Assembly (NCBI GenBank): GCA_029785215.1
Contig: JAFMAB010000003.1
Location: forward strand, 9,430-73,429
DNA length: 64,000 bases
Source: Nitrososphaerota archaeon
GTDB lineage: Archaea > Thermoproteota > Nitrososphaeria > Nitrososphaerales > Gagatemarchaeaceae
Direction: 5' to 3'
The position numbers were made by a program, and so were the translations under genes. Of this stretch, positions 36,933 to 46,718 are shown piece by piece (the stretch's first letter is position 1; every line of letters starts with the position of its first letter). The notes beneath the pieces are model-generated. The model did no database searches. It saw only the letters and a program-made list of their open reading frames with translations, and was not told the DNA's origin.

Positions 36933-38117
36933 CACAATCTTCAAGATGTCCCTGTTCTGCAGCAGGTAGTCTCCAGCCAGCCTCTTCCCTGTCCTAGCGT
37001 CGACCGCATATAGGAAGCCGTCCGCCAGGTCGCTGTGAACCGTCCGAGCCAGGTCCAGCGCTGTGGACCCGCCTCTCATCACGAAGGCGTCAGGGAGCAC
37101 TCTCCCGTCTTTGTCGGTGAGCTTAGTCTCGTCCTCCACCGGGAAGACTACTATGGCCTTCAGGAGCCCGAAGAAGGCCTCGTTGACCGCCTCCTGGACT
37201 CCCGTCCCACCGTAGACTTTCATCACCTTCTCTTCCACCATCTTCAGGGCTGCTGCCTGGGCCCCAGACAGCTTTACCGGGTCCGTGACCGTGAACCCCT
37301 TGTCCCCCGGGGTGTATGCGACAAGGCCCCGCTCGGCGGCCCTGCGCAGCATGAGCTCCGCCTCGGAAGCGCAGGGGACGACCTGCCTCCCACCCCCTCT
37401 GAGTCTCTCGATGTTCCGGTACGACGTCTGAAGGTCCGCCTTGTTGGCTGCGATCAGGGATGGCTTGGTCAGCTTCCTCGTCTCCACGACGAACTGCATC
37501 AGCTGGTCGTCCGTCCAGCCGCTCGGTTTCTCCGTGCGGAGACGTAGACGGAGAACGACGGCCTCGACGTCTGCAAGGGTCACAGACAGGCCGGAAAGCC
37601 GCTCAGCCAGGTGGTTCGTCACTTTCCCCCCGGTCTGTTCCAGGGACCGGGCAGCTTTCTCCCAGTCCCTCTTCAGGATGCCATACATCCACAGGTCGAA
37701 TTCGTGTTCGACCATCTCGACGTCCTCGACGGGGTCATGGACCCCTGGGGGGACCTTCCTCCCTTCGAGGTCGGTGGAACCTGACGCGTCGACCACCTGG
37801 ATCAGAGCGTCCGCCTGCCTCAGGTCGTCGAGGAACTGGTTCCCCAGCCCCTTCCCAGCGGATGCGCCCTCCACGAGGCCCGCGACGTCGATCACCCTCA
37901 CGGGGACCAGCCTCCACCCCCTTATGCAGCTCGATCCCTTGGGGTTGTCTACTACTCCCATCTCCTTGCACACGCACTCCGTGACGATGCTTGCCACGCC
38001 TACGTTGGGCTTTACCGTGGTGAATGGATAGTCCGCTATCTGTACGTCCTTCAGGGTGGCAGCTGCGAAGAAGGTCGATTTGCCGACATTAGGTTTGCCG
38101 ACGACCCCCACTAACAT
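36912..38117 (-). CDS. Obg-like GTPase/ATPase with C-terminal TGS domain (YchF/DRG family)
   Basis: VGKPNVGKSTFF P-loop, DVAGLVEGAS G3 motif, TGS-like C-terminus. Confidence 0.8.
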   Translation of the reverse strand: MLVGVVGKPNVGKSTFFAAATLKDVQIADYPFTTVKPNVGVASIVTECVCKEMGVVDNPKGSSCIRGWRLVPVRVIDVAGLVEGASAGKGLGNQFLDDLRQADALIQVVDASGSTDLEGRKVPPGVHDPVEDVEMVEHEFDLWMYGILKRDWEKAARSLEQTGGKVTNHLAERLSGLSVTLADVEAVVLRLRLRTEKPSGWTDDQLMQFVVETRKLTKPSLIAANKADLQTSYRNIERLRGGGRQVVPCASEAELMLRRAAERGLVAYTPGDKGFTVTDPVKLSGAQAAALKMVEEKVMKVYGGTGVQEAVNEAFFGLLKAIVVFPVEDETKLTDKDGRVLPDAFVMRGGSTALDLARTVHSDLADGFLYAVDARTGKRLAGDYLLQNRDILKIVSSGKRG

Positions 38118-38170
38118 GCCCCCTCCGCCGGGTCCGCCGGTTATAACATCTCAGGGGACGGTCAGCCTAC

Positions 38171-39403
38171 ATGTCCAGGGTCCTGGTAGTGGGGGGCGGC
38201 ACCGCAGGGGCGGCGGCCGCCGAGGAGTGCGCCACGCAAGGGATCGACGCTACGGTGATCGACCGCCTGGACGAACCAGAACCGCCATGGACGTCATGGC
38301 CAGACCTGATGGGTCTCGAGGGCCAGAGCCGGACAGTCTCCAGTCCTCTCCATCAGGCGCGTCCCTCTGCCTCGATTTTTGGGACCGAAGTAGTAGCGGT
38401 CCGCAAGGGGGAGGTGGTCACGTCCAACGGGTCGCGTTTCCGCGCCGACTCCGTGGTCATCGCGGCTGGCTCCTCCTTCGAGCCGCCCACAGCCCAAGGG
38501 ATCCGCAAGCATGGTTCCTTCGTGTTGGACTCCGCTGCTCGGTACGAAGAATTCGGTTCGGCCAGCGCCTCAGCTGACCGGATACTCATCTGTGGCGAGG
38601 GCGCCAGAGGGCTGCAAGTTGCCGAACGGCTCTCTGCCAGAGGGGCGAGGCCTTCCCTGATGGTGTCGTGTTGGCAGCGGGGGGGTCCAAGCTCGCCGGT
38701 GCTGGGTGTCGTCTCTGACGCGGCACATGCGAGGGGGATATGTCTCGGTCCTGGGACGGTCAGCAGGGTTGTCGGCTTCGCCCGCACGGAGGCCGTGATA
38801 GCAAGAGGGGACGTGGTCCCTTGCGATGTCCTCGCGTTCATCCCCCGGCGGGTCCCTGTCGCCATCCGCCTTGCCGCGCCGCCCGGCCGTAGCGGTGGGG
38901 TCCTGGTCGACAGATACCTGAGGGCGAGGGCGCCTGGGGTCTTCGCGGCTGGTGGATGCGCTGAGCTGGACGGGTCGCTCCCGCCTAGGGCTACGTTGGT
39001 CGATGAGCCCAGGCTGTCCGGGAGGACTGCCGGCGCAAACTCCGCGGGCGGGAACATCAGCATCGGCTCGGTCCGTTCCTGGTCTCTGTCGGTCCTTGGG
39101 CTGAGGTGGTCCAGGACTGGCCCAGACGCGCCGACGTGCGAGTCATTGGGGATGGACGTCCGGGAGGTAGGGCGGCGGTGGAGCGGCTGTTCAGCTTGTA
39201 GCCTGGTCTATGAGCGCGGTACCGGGAGGGTGATCGGCGCGGAGGTGATCGAACCAGCAGACTCCCCAACGGGCGGCCTCGGCTCATCAGCCTCAGGCTC
39301 AGCTACGCTGAGGTCCTTGGCTTACGCGCACCCTGGTTCAAGCGATATATCTGTGGTGTCAGACACCGCTAGGCTGGGGCTTGCGTCATGGTCAGGGTGC
39401 TAG
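38171..39403 (+). CDS. Divergent FAD-dependent pyridine nucleotide-disulfide oxidoreductase-like protein
   Basis: VLVVGGGTAGAAAA and ILICGEGARGLQVAE dinucleotide folds, plus VFAAGGCAE. No redox-active Cys motif was recognised, and the composition is Ala/Gly/Arg/Ser-rich. Confidence 0.5.
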   Translation: MSRVLVVGGGTAGAAAAEECATQGIDATVIDRLDEPEPPWTSWPDLMGLEGQSRTVSSPLHQARPSASIFGTEVVAVRKGEVVTSNGSRFRADSVVIAAGSSFEPPTAQGIRKHGSFVLDSAARYEEFGSASASADRILICGEGARGLQVAERLSARGARPSLMVSCWQRGGPSSPVLGVVSDAAHARGICLGPGTVSRVVGFARTEAVIARGDVVPCDVLAFIPRRVPVAIRLAAPPGRSGGVLVDRYLRARAPGVFAAGGCAELDGSLPPRATLVDEPRLSGRTAGANSAGGNISIGSVRSWSLSVLGLRWSRTGPDAPTCESLGMDVREVGRRWSGCSACSLVYERGTGRVIGAEVIEPADSPTGGLGSSASGSATLRSLAYAHPGSSDISVVSDTARLGLASWSGC

Positions 39404-40299
39404 TCTGCGATCAGATAGATATCAAGCGGCTCTCGCTTGGGCCGTCCTTCGAGGTGGATTACAGGCCGACCCTGAGCAGGGAGGAGCTGCTCTCGGTCGC
39501 GGGCAACTACGAGGTGCTTGTCGTGAGGAGCAGGACGAAGGTCGACCGCGAGGTCCTAGAGAAGGCGAACCGGCTCAAACTCGTCGCCCGCCCTGGGACT
39601 GGCCTGGACAACGTTGACGTGGGGTTCGCCAAGGAGAGAGGCGTGGCCGTGGCGAACAGCCCCGAATCCTTGGTGGAGGCAGTCGCCGAACAGGTGGTCT
39701 TGGTGATGCTCGCCCTAAGCAGGAAGTTGGTACAGGCGGACACGGGGACTAGGTCCGGCAAGTGGGAGAAGAACGCCCTGGTCGGCAGGGAACTGAGGGG
39801 GAAGGTCCTAGGGGTGGTGGGGTTTGGCAGGATCGGGCGGCGCATAGCCGAGATAGGTAAGACTCTGGGGATGACCATACTGGCCTACGACGTCGTCGCC
39901 GTCCCTCCGGACGTCGCGCGCCCTCTGGGCGCAAGGATGGTGCCGCTCGACGAGCTCTTCGCGTCCTCTGACTACATAACTCTCCACGTCCCCATGGCCC
40001 CAGACACCGCGCACATGGTTGACGCCCCGCGCATCGCCACGATGAAGGAGACGTCCGTGCTGGTCAACATGTCGAGAGGGGGGGTGGTGGACGAAGACGC
40101 TCTGGCTTCGGCCCTGAGGGCGAGGAGCATCGGCGGAGCAGCCTTGGACGTCTTCGAGAAGGAGCCTCCGTCGGGGGCCATCCTCTCTGCTCCGAACGTC
40201 ATCCTCACCCCCCACATCGGCGGGCAGACCGAGGAGGCTCAGGCGAACGCCATCGAAGTAGTCGGGGAGAAGGTCAGGGCTTTCTTCAAAGCTCCCTGA
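39388..40299 (+). CDS. D-isomer-specific 2-hydroxyacid dehydrogenase (phosphoglycerate dehydrogenase-like)
   Basis: GVVGFGRIGRRIA NAD motif, MSRGGVVDE, TPHIGG. Confidence 0.8.
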   Translation: MVRVLVCDQIDIKRLSLGPSFEVDYRPTLSREELLSVAGNYEVLVVRSRTKVDREVLEKANRLKLVARPGTGLDNVDVGFAKERGVAVANSPESLVEAVAEQVVLVMLALSRKLVQADTGTRSGKWEKNALVGRELRGKVLGVVGFGRIGRRIAEIGKTLGMTILAYDVVAVPPDVARPLGARMVPLDELFASSDYITLHVPMAPDTAHMVDAPRIATMKETSVLVNMSRGGVVDEDALASALRARSIGGAALDVFEKEPPSGAILSAPNVILTPHIGGQTEEAQANAIEVVGEKVRAFFKAP

Positions 40300-40310
40300 G
40301 GCGCCCCGGG

Positions 40311-40320
40311 AACGTTTATT
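40311..40320 (+). promoter_or_regulatory. BRE/TATA-like box AACGTTTATT upstream of rpl15e
   Basis: Lies 26-35 nt upstream of ATG 40346. Confidence 0.45.
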
Positions 40321-40345
40321 TGCCGACCGGGAACGAGGCGTTCAA

Positions 40346-40807
40346 ATGCCCATGTACAGCCAGATCTCCAAGACCTGGCAGCAGATTTTCCACGAAAAGG
40401 GAGGGGACATGAAGACCAGGGCCGTCGAGCTCAGGAAGCAGCCTGCTGCTGTCAGGGTGGACCGCCCCTGGCGGCTGGACAGGGCCAGGGCCCTCGGCTA
40501 CAAGGCGAAGGAGGGGGTCATAGTGGTCAGGATGCGCGTTTCACGCGGCGGGATGCGGAAGCAGCGGCCTACTTCTGGGAGGAGGCCGAAGCACATGGGG
40601 GTTGTCAAGATAAAGTCTGCCGTGTCCTCTAAACAGGTCGCTGAGAGGAGGGTTCAGGAGAGGCATCCCAACATGAAGGTCCTCGGGTCCTATCCTGTCT
40701 GGGAGGATGGAATGCACGCCTGGTATGAGTGCATCCTCGTGGATCCGCTGAATCCTGCGATCAGACGGGACTACGACTACAGACGGGCGCTCGGGATAAC
40801 GGTCTGA
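40346..40807 (+). CDS. rpl15e: 50S ribosomal protein L15e
   Basis: RVDRPWRLDRARALGYKAKEGVIVVRMRVSRGG pattern. Confidence 0.9.
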   Translation: MPMYSQISKTWQQIFHEKGGDMKTRAVELRKQPAAVRVDRPWRLDRARALGYKAKEGVIVVRMRVSRGGMRKQRPTSGRRPKHMGVVKIKSAVSSKQVAERRVQERHPNMKVLGSYPVWEDGMHAWYECILVDPLNPAIRRDYDYRRALGITV

Positions 40808-40809
40808 GC

Positions 40810-41844
40810 TTACCTTTTCATCTCGCTGCTGTGACCGGGGAACACCTTAGACCCTGGATCGACATAGGCTTTGGCGACGTTCACCGCCACGGCTGCCTGC
40901 GCGTAACCCGTCGCAATCAGGTTCAGTTTTATCCCGTCCTGGGGGCCGGCGACGTCTCCAGCCACATAGACCCCGGGGATGTTGGTCTCCATCTTCCCGT
41001 TAGTCCTAATCTCCCTGCCGTCGATCTGTAGCCCCCAGTCCTTTATCGGACCGAGGTCAGCCCTGAACCCTATGTTGACGAGTATGGCGTCGATGTCCAG
41101 CACCGTCTCGGCCTTCGACCTGTTATCGAACACGACCGCCTGGGTCACATTCGACCCGTCCCCTTTCACCTGACTGACCTCATAGAACAGTTTGAGGTCT
41201 ACGTCCGACTTCATCAGCTCTGCGACGCTCCCCTCGTGCGCCCTGAAGACGTCCCTCCTGTGCACCAGCGTGATCTTCTTCGCCGTGTCCTTCATGTTCA
41301 GCGCCCAGTCAACAGCCGAGTCCCCCCCACCCACGATGAGCAGTCTCTTGTCTCGGAAGGCGCTCTTGTCCTTGACGAAGTAGTACACCCCCTTCCCTTC
41401 ATAGTCCGCCGCACCGCGAGCTTCCAGCCTGTTCGGTGAGAAGGCCCCAACCCCTGCGGCTATGAGAACAGCTTTCGAGTAGTGCTTGGTCCCCTTGTTG
41501 GTCTCGAGCTCGAAGACGCCGCCGTCCCTGTGGAGTGATGTCACCCTCTCACCGAGGGCCACAGTAGCCCCATATTGGAACGCCTGTTCGACCAGGCACT
41601 TGACCAGGTCCTTCGCCAGTATCTTGGAGTATCCGGGGACGTCGAAGATGTACTTCTCAGGATAGAGCACCGCGACCTGCCCTCCGGGCTCTTCCAAGGC
41701 GTCGATTACTTTCGTCTTCATCTGTCTGAGCCCAGCGTAGAACGTCGCGAACAGGCCGCTCGGCCCGGCGCCTACAATCGTGATGTCATAGACGTCGCCG
41801 GACATGGAACTCGGCCCTGACCTCCGGGCTCCATGTATAAGCAT
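40810..41844 (-). CDS. Thioredoxin-reductase-like ferredoxin/flavodoxin-NADP+ reductase (YumC type)
   Basis: ITIVGAGPSGLFATFYAG, EEPGGQV, GGGDSAVDWA, GDVAG. Confidence 0.8.
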   Translation of the reverse strand: MLIHGARRSGPSSMSGDVYDITIVGAGPSGLFATFYAGLRQMKTKVIDALEEPGGQVAVLYPEKYIFDVPGYSKILAKDLVKCLVEQAFQYGATVALGERVTSLHRDGGVFELETNKGTKHYSKAVLIAAGVGAFSPNRLEARGAADYEGKGVYYFVKDKSAFRDKRLLIVGGGDSAVDWALNMKDTAKKITLVHRRDVFRAHEGSVAELMKSDVDLKLFYEVSQVKGDGSNVTQAVVFDNRSKAETVLDIDAILVNIGFRADLGPIKDWGLQIDGREIRTNGKMETNIPGVYVAGDVAGPQDGIKLNLIATGYAQAAVAVNVAKAYVDPGSKVFPGHSSEMKR

Positions 41845-41851
41845 TCGTGGG

Positions 41852-43096
41852 TCAGGCCAATCCTGATGCTATGGGGTCGTCGGGTTTCAGGACTTCACGG
41901 AGCAAAATGGTGGCGTACTGCCCTCTGGCAAGAGTGAAAAGGAGAATTGCAGTGTCCCCCTGGACGACGAATGTTCCGTCTTTCATGGCCAGATGGGGGC
42001 GTCTGAACCCGCCCTCTGATGACACTTCTTGCATCTCTTTGACATAGAACGAACGGGGCTCGACACCCTCTGACGCGAGTGTATCGCGGACACAAAAATC
42101 GAACCTGGAGCCATAGTCCCTGTAGGCGTAGCCCACCAGCTGGACCAAAGGGACCGCCCCCTCTGTCGGCGCCTCCTTCACCCCCCTCACGCCGTAGACC
42201 GTCAGCCCGTCGGGGCCACGTTCCCCCCAGTTGTCCCCCGCGGCGTACTTCGAGATATCCTCTCCTCTTTCAAGCGCTGAGCTGAGAGTCTTGTTGAATA
42301 TGAACGACTGATACGCTTGGACGTAGAGGCGCCTAAGCCTGACCGGTACCGCCCGCAGCGCCCCGACCCACTCTCCGGGCCTCGTCGCGAGCGCCTTGGC
42401 TACTCTCCTCTCCACGTCATTCCCCTGGGGGAGAAGGTCCGACAGCTCCCTGTATCTCCCCGCCGCGGCCGCTTCCCTGGCTTCGGGGCTCACAGCCAGC
42501 AGGATGCCTACCGCCTGCTCGAACTTGCCCTTGACCAGGGCCCTCCCCACTTCGTGGGTCCCACGGCCTGACGCCCCGAACCTCTGGAGCCCGAAGTAGT
42601 TTGGGACCTTTCCAGCCGCAGCGAGCTCGAAGGCTTCTGAAGTCCTGGCTCCGACCTCAGGGCAGCACCCCCTGACAGTGACCTCGAACTTGTTCGCCAG
42701 AACCGAAGAGCGCGAAAGGGGCCGGGGGAGGAACCCGATGCGGGTCGCCGTGAACCTGCCTCCGTTCACCAGCGCCGGGCGCTCAGACCTCATGCTGGTG
42801 GGGGTGGCGTACTGGACCGCGACGGCTCTGCTGTCTTTCATCCCGGCGTAGCTCACCCTGCTCTTCAGGGCGGCGGCGAGCTCTGAGGCCATGTGCATGG
42901 TGTCGATGGACTCCTTCTGTACCCTGTACAGGGGATACCTCCCATCCGCCCACTCGGCCGTCATCCTGGACGTGTCGATCACCTCCTCGACGTGGAAGTC
43001 ATCCGGGGCGCTCTTGACCCTCCCCGCACAACTGGGACCCGCAGTCGCATAGCACAGGATCCCTGCCTCCCTTTCGGCTTCTGTGGGTTGCATCAA
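41852..43096 (-). CDS. truD: tRNA pseudouridine synthase TruD/Pus7
   Basis: GMKDSRAVAVQ catalytic Asp motif and NYFGLQRFG. Confidence 0.85.
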   Translation of the reverse strand: MMQPTEAEREAGILCYATAGPSCAGRVKSAPDDFHVEEVIDTSRMTAEWADGRYPLYRVQKESIDTMHMASELAAALKSRVSYAGMKDSRAVAVQYATPTSMRSERPALVNGGRFTATRIGFLPRPLSRSSVLANKFEVTVRGCCPEVGARTSEAFELAAAGKVPNYFGLQRFGASGRGTHEVGRALVKGKFEQAVGILLAVSPEAREAAAAGRYRELSDLLPQGNDVERRVAKALATRPGEWVGALRAVPVRLRRLYVQAYQSFIFNKTLSSALERGEDISKYAAGDNWGERGPDGLTVYGVRGVKEAPTEGAVPLVQLVGYAYRDYGSRFDFCVRDTLASEGVEPRSFYVKEMQEVSSEGGFRRPHLAMKDGTFVVQGDTAILLFTLARGQYATILLREVLKPDDPIASGLA

Positions 43097-43222
43097 AGGA
43101 GTATGTGGGCGGGAGAACGAGCAGATATTGGTTTAAGTCACCATGGCTCTGTTAAGTTATCGGTAGCTGGCTCGGAATCGTCTCGGTGTTAAGCGTCGGT
43201 TGCTGGGCCACGGCATGAGAAG

Positions 43223-43612
43223 TCAAACCACCTTCCCAGCAAATATAATCGCGAGAATTGTAATCAAGAGAAGAAGAATCGTCACCAAGAACAACCTTTG
43301 GGTTAGTCTTTCAAGACGCTTGCTCGACTTGTAGAGGAGGACAATAGAACGTTTTTGCACGGCCTCCAAGAGTGCATCTGTATTCGCTTCGAAGAGCCTC
43401 TTTTCAGGGTCTTCTTCTTCATCTCTCTTCTTGTCCATTTCTTCCCAAGTGCCGCGCATCATCCACTCTTGATAGTCTTCCGCCTCAGAGATGAGCTTGA
43501 TTTGCTTGTCAACGTAGGCCTCCAAGTAGTCCTTGGACGGGCTTATCCTACGCTTTAACCTGTGCCACCAAGTGTAGATGCGTTCTTTAGTGGTCTTCTC
43601 CTCATCGCTCAT
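43223..43612 (-). CDS. Tail-anchored acidic coiled-coil protein, function unknown (IS-associated passenger)
   Basis: Visibly lower GC than its surroundings. C-terminal TM helix LFLVTILLLLITILAIIFAG. ATG 43612 overlaps the end of the transposase frame. Confidence 0.4.
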   Translation of the reverse strand: MSDEEKTTKERIYTWWHRLKRRISPSKDYLEAYVDKQIKLISEAEDYQEWMMRGTWEEMDKKRDEEEDPEKRLFEANTDALLEAVQKRSIVLLYKSSKRLERLTQRLFLVTILLLLITILAIIFAGKVV

Positions 43613-44222
43613 CTTGACGTGCTGACTCTGCCTTCCTTGCATTCTGTATTAGAGTTACCCACTTGTTCTCCCCCTCGACCCTGATTCCCGCCATCTCTGA
43701 AGGGGTTCTCCCTCCAAGTCCCTCGTGCGGCCTGATGTAGTTGTGGAATAGCTGGTGGCCCTTCAGTATCGGAGTATCCTCCCGCTTCAGCCCCCGCATA
43801 GTCTTTTCTCTGTCCCTGACCTCTCCGTTCATGCGCTCCATCTTGTTGTTGTGGACTTCGCCGCCGAGCCTGATGTCTCGGACGTGGACGACGTTCCGCT
43901 CCCTTCGGAGCGAGAACCACTCCTTGCGGGTGGCCGTCTCGAAGTTGTGGGCCCCGTCGCTGATGAGGATTTTCGGCCTCTTCCCTGCCTTCTGCTCGGC
44001 GTCCCTGAACATCGGCCTCACGTCCGAATACCACTTCTTTTCGGTAATCTGCTGGGCAATCCAGAAGCGGGTCCCGTCGGGCCCGAACCCGTTCCTGTAC
44101 TTCTATGCCTGGACGGGAGCGCGTCTCAGCCTGCCCGCCCAGGTGTGAACATCAGTCAAGTTTATCCGACAGGTTCTCCGATGTCTGCCACTTCTCGCAA
44201 GTTTTGACACCTGATTACTCAA
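43602..44222 (-). pseudogene. DDE transposase remnant (IS6/IS240-like, COG3316-type), disrupted
   Basis: The C-terminal part is intact (ILISDGAHNF...NNKMERMNGEVRDRE...YIRPHEGLGGRTPSEMAGI). There is an in-frame TAG at 44103-44105, and the upstream DE-containing segment is recognisable only out of frame. Confidence 0.6.
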
Positions 44223-44253
44223 AGGGGTCAGAAGTCTGCTTTATCTAGCGGTA

Positions 44254-44601
44254 TTAGAGGAGTTTGAGCTTCCCGGTGATCGCGTCGACCTCGGCCTCGG
44301 GGGCGGGGCCTACCGCCAGGCAGGTGGTCGTCCCAGGCTCCACCTGGGTGAGCCCCCTGTCTTCCACCAGTGCGGCGGGGAGTCCCGCGCTCTTCGCCTT
44401 GCGGAAGAGTTCTCGCAGGGCCTCTTCAGAGTCTACCTTCAAGACGATCTTGGCCTGACCCCCGTCCTTCCACCCTCCGTACCATCCGGGCCTCTTCTGC
44501 TGCGCCGCTTCGGCGGCGGAGAGCGACGCGTGTGCGGCCTGGGCGGCGACCTTCCCTTTGCCCATCCCGAGATCAGTTCGGACGACGATGGCCTGTTTCA
44601 T
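44254..44601 (-). CDS. pth2: Peptidyl-tRNA hydrolase, archaeal type (Pth2)
   Basis: [26 protein letters not shown] signature; 115 aa. Confidence 0.9.
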   Translation of the reverse strand: MKQAIVVRTDLGMGKGKVAAQAAHASLSAAEAAQQKRPGWYGGWKDGGQAKIVLKVDSEEALRELFRKAKSAGLPAALVEDRGLTQVEPGTTTCLAVGPAPEAEVDAITGKLKLL

Positions 44602-44661
44602 GCCCGGTGGTTTGCCAACGGTTATTACAAGTCCGATTAAGCCTTTACAGAGTCCTGGCCC

Positions 44662-45810
44662 TTGTCCCGAACCTGCGACGTCGTTGTGGCCGGCGGGAGC
44701 ATCGCGGGCCTGACCTTTGCTTCAGAGGCTGCGAAGCTGGGGCTCAGCGTCCTGGTGGCCGAGGAGCACCCCGAAGTGGGCGAGCCCGAGAAGTGCGACG
44801 GCCTCGTGAGCCTGAGGGGCCTCAGGAGGTACGGGTACCCTCCTGGAGCGGGGGTGGTCCAAGACCGGATCGACTCTGCGGTCTTGCACTCTCCATCGGG
44901 GAAGCGCTTCACAGTCAACGCCGATGGGCTGGACGTCGTCGTGCTCGACAGGAGCGCCTACGACAAGCAGATCGCGGCCGCCGCAGAGGCTGCGGGGGCG
45001 TCAATCATGACCGGGCGTAGGGTGGGAGAAGTAACTGAGACAGGCGACTCCGTCACTGTGAAGGCGGGGGACGAAGAAGTCCAGGCGAAGTTCCTCGTCG
45101 ACGCCACAGGGCCAGCTTCTAGCCCGAAGCATGGCATCCTGCCAGCGGCGAAATACGAGGTCGAGGGGGAGTGGATAAGGGAGCACGTGGTCGAGGTCTT
45201 CCTGGACGTGAGGAAGTATCCAGGGTTCTTCGCATGGGTCATCCCTTTCGGGGAGCACAAGGCCAAGGTCGGCGCAGCTGGGCGGGGCGTGAGCCCCTTC
45301 AGGGCGCTGGACGGGTTCCTCGAGGGTCGCAGCACGACGGTGCTCAGGAAGGTGGCTGCGCCGATATACATCGGCGGACCGGCTCAGAAATTCGTCAGAG
45401 GGAGGCGGATATACGTAGGTGAGTCCGCCGGGCAGGTCAAGCCCACCACCGCAGGTGGGATAATGACATCCATCGCCGGGGCTGCGGCAGCTGCCAAGTG
45501 GGTCTCCTCCAGCATACACAAGGGTCGGACGTCCTTGCCAGCCGGCTACCAGATGGAGTGGGAAGGAGACTTCATGAAGGAGATGAAGGCCATGCTGAGG
45601 CTGAGGGGGGTATTCGAGAAATTGTCGAACCAGGATCTCGAGGGCGTCTTCTCGGTCCTAGCCGCCTCCAAGCTGGCCCAGAAGCTCTCTAAGATGGACT
45701 TCGACTTCCACGCAACAGCCCTCCTGGGCGCTCTGGGGGTACCTGGGCTCCTGAGGATTGCAGGGTTGGTGGCTTCCGCAGAGGTGCGTTCTCTTCTGTT
45801 AGAGCGGTGA
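44662..45810 (+). CDS. Geranylgeranyl reductase family flavoprotein
   Basis: [18 protein letters not shown] motif, the EKCDG motif and [17 protein letters not shown]. Confidence 0.8.
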   Translation: MSRTCDVVVAGGSIAGLTFASEAAKLGLSVLVAEEHPEVGEPEKCDGLVSLRGLRRYGYPPGAGVVQDRIDSAVLHSPSGKRFTVNADGLDVVVLDRSAYDKQIAAAAEAAGASIMTGRRVGEVTETGDSVTVKAGDEEVQAKFLVDATGPASSPKHGILPAAKYEVEGEWIREHVVEVFLDVRKYPGFFAWVIPFGEHKAKVGAAGRGVSPFRALDGFLEGRSTTVLRKVAAPIYIGGPAQKFVRGRRIYVGESAGQVKPTTAGGIMTSIAGAAAAAKWVSSSIHKGRTSLPAGYQMEWEGDFMKEMKAMLRLRGVFEKLSNQDLEGVFSVLAASKLAQKLSKMDFDFHATALLGALGVPGLLRIAGLVASAEVRSLLLER

Positions 45811-45865
45811 AGCCGGTCCACGCGCAGCAACCTATATCTGTCGGGCCAGAAAGGGCTCCCGAGAA

Positions 45866-46048
45866 ATGTCGCAGGGTGTCGTGACTCTCCCTCTATGCAA
45901 CTCGTGTAACAGGCCCATAAAGCCTGCCGAGAGGGCAGTCCACTTCAGCTGCCCGAACTGCCATGAGACTGTGATATGGAGGTCTGAGAAATGCAGGAAG
46001 TTCTCAAGGAGGTACAAGTGCCTCAACTGCGGCTTCGAAGGGCCATAG
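45866..46048 (+). CDS. Zinc-ribbon protein (COG2888-type) preceding aEF-1beta
   Basis: Four CxxC pairs (CNSC, CPNC, CRKF...CLNC). The pairing with ef1b is a conserved archaeal arrangement. Confidence 0.6.
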   Translation: MSQGVVTLPLCNSCNRPIKPAERAVHFSCPNCHETVIWRSEKCRKFSRRYKCLNCGFEGP

Positions 46049-46058
46049 GGAAGACGCT

Positions 46059-46346
46059 TTGGGCTCTTACGTTATCAGGCTCAAACTCCTCCCTCCTGAT
46101 ACAACGACAGACCATCAGAAACTGGTTGACTCGGTGGCCGGGCTGCTCCCGGCGGCAGCGCAGATCAGGGCGCACAAAGTAGAGCCGATCGCTTTCGGCC
46201 TCTCAGCCGTGATCCTCGATCTGGTCGTCCCCGAGGAGGAAGGCGCGGTCGATAGAATCGAGGAGGCCGTGTCCAAATCCCCGCTTGTCAGCCAGTGCGA
46301 AGTCACCGGGGTAAGCAGGATGTCCAGCAAGCTCCCGCCGCAGTAG
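46059..46346 (+). CDS. ef1b: Elongation factor 1-beta
   Basis: VIRLKLLP...EPIAFGLSAVILDLVVPEEEG...VSQCEVTGVSRM pattern. Confidence 0.8.
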   Translation: MGSYVIRLKLLPPDTTTDHQKLVDSVAGLLPAAAQIRAHKVEPIAFGLSAVILDLVVPEEEGAVDRIEEAVSKSPLVSQCEVTGVSRMSSKLPPQ

Positions 46347-46430
46347 CAGCCACAGAGCTGCGTCGTCTGATACCTTTTATACCTCGGGGTCCCCCCTGCG
46401 TCAGCCGTTCTCCCGCACGGTGATGGACTG

Positions 46431-46679
46431 ATGAGATTCCCTCTTAGATACACAGCATACGAATGGATAAAGGAGAAGAAGAGCACTACGGACGAAGACA
46501 TCCTGGATGCTCTGAACAAGAACGGTAGCAGGTGCTCCCCAGACGAGCTTGACAAGACGCTGATGCAACTCGAAATCCTGGGCCTGATCAGCATAAGGTG
46601 GGTCTCCAAGGACAAACGGCGGGTGGAGTTTCAGGACAAGCCCGCCGAAGACCTGCGCATGCCACGGATAAGAGAGTAA
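46431..46679 (+). CDS. Small winged-helix-like protein, function unknown
   Basis: 82 aa; LMQLEILGLISIRWVSKDKRRVEF looks like a recognition helix plus wing. Confidence 0.35.
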   Translation: MRFPLRYTAYEWIKEKKSTTDEDILDALNKNGSRCSPDELDKTLMQLEILGLISIRWVSKDKRRVEFQDKPAEDLRMPRIRE

Positions 46680-46718
46680 CCGAACCGATAAATCGGGCGG
46701 GTGTGGGTTCATCCACTA

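Larger units (their letters stand above)
43223..44222 (-). mobile_element. Decayed insertion-sequence remnant with passenger ORF (boundaries approximate)
   Basis: Transposase pseudogene plus an AT-richer downstream ORF, inserted between truD and pth2. No convincing terminal inverted repeats were found. Confidence 0.4.

Noticed and set aside
44103-44105. The in-frame TAG in the transposase could encode pyrrolysine.
   Set aside because: TAG is used as an ordinary stop for several well-supported genes here, for example rfc at 598-600 and the MBL hydrolase at 20794-20796. The region upstream of the TAG is also out of frame with the expected DDE segment. It is a pseudogene.
43190-44200. Terminal inverted repeats for the IS remnant: GAGAAGT near 43197-43203 against ACTTCTC at 44190-44196.
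   Set aside because: Only a 7-nt match with no flanking direct repeats, which is not distinguishable from chance. The element boundaries are left approximate.
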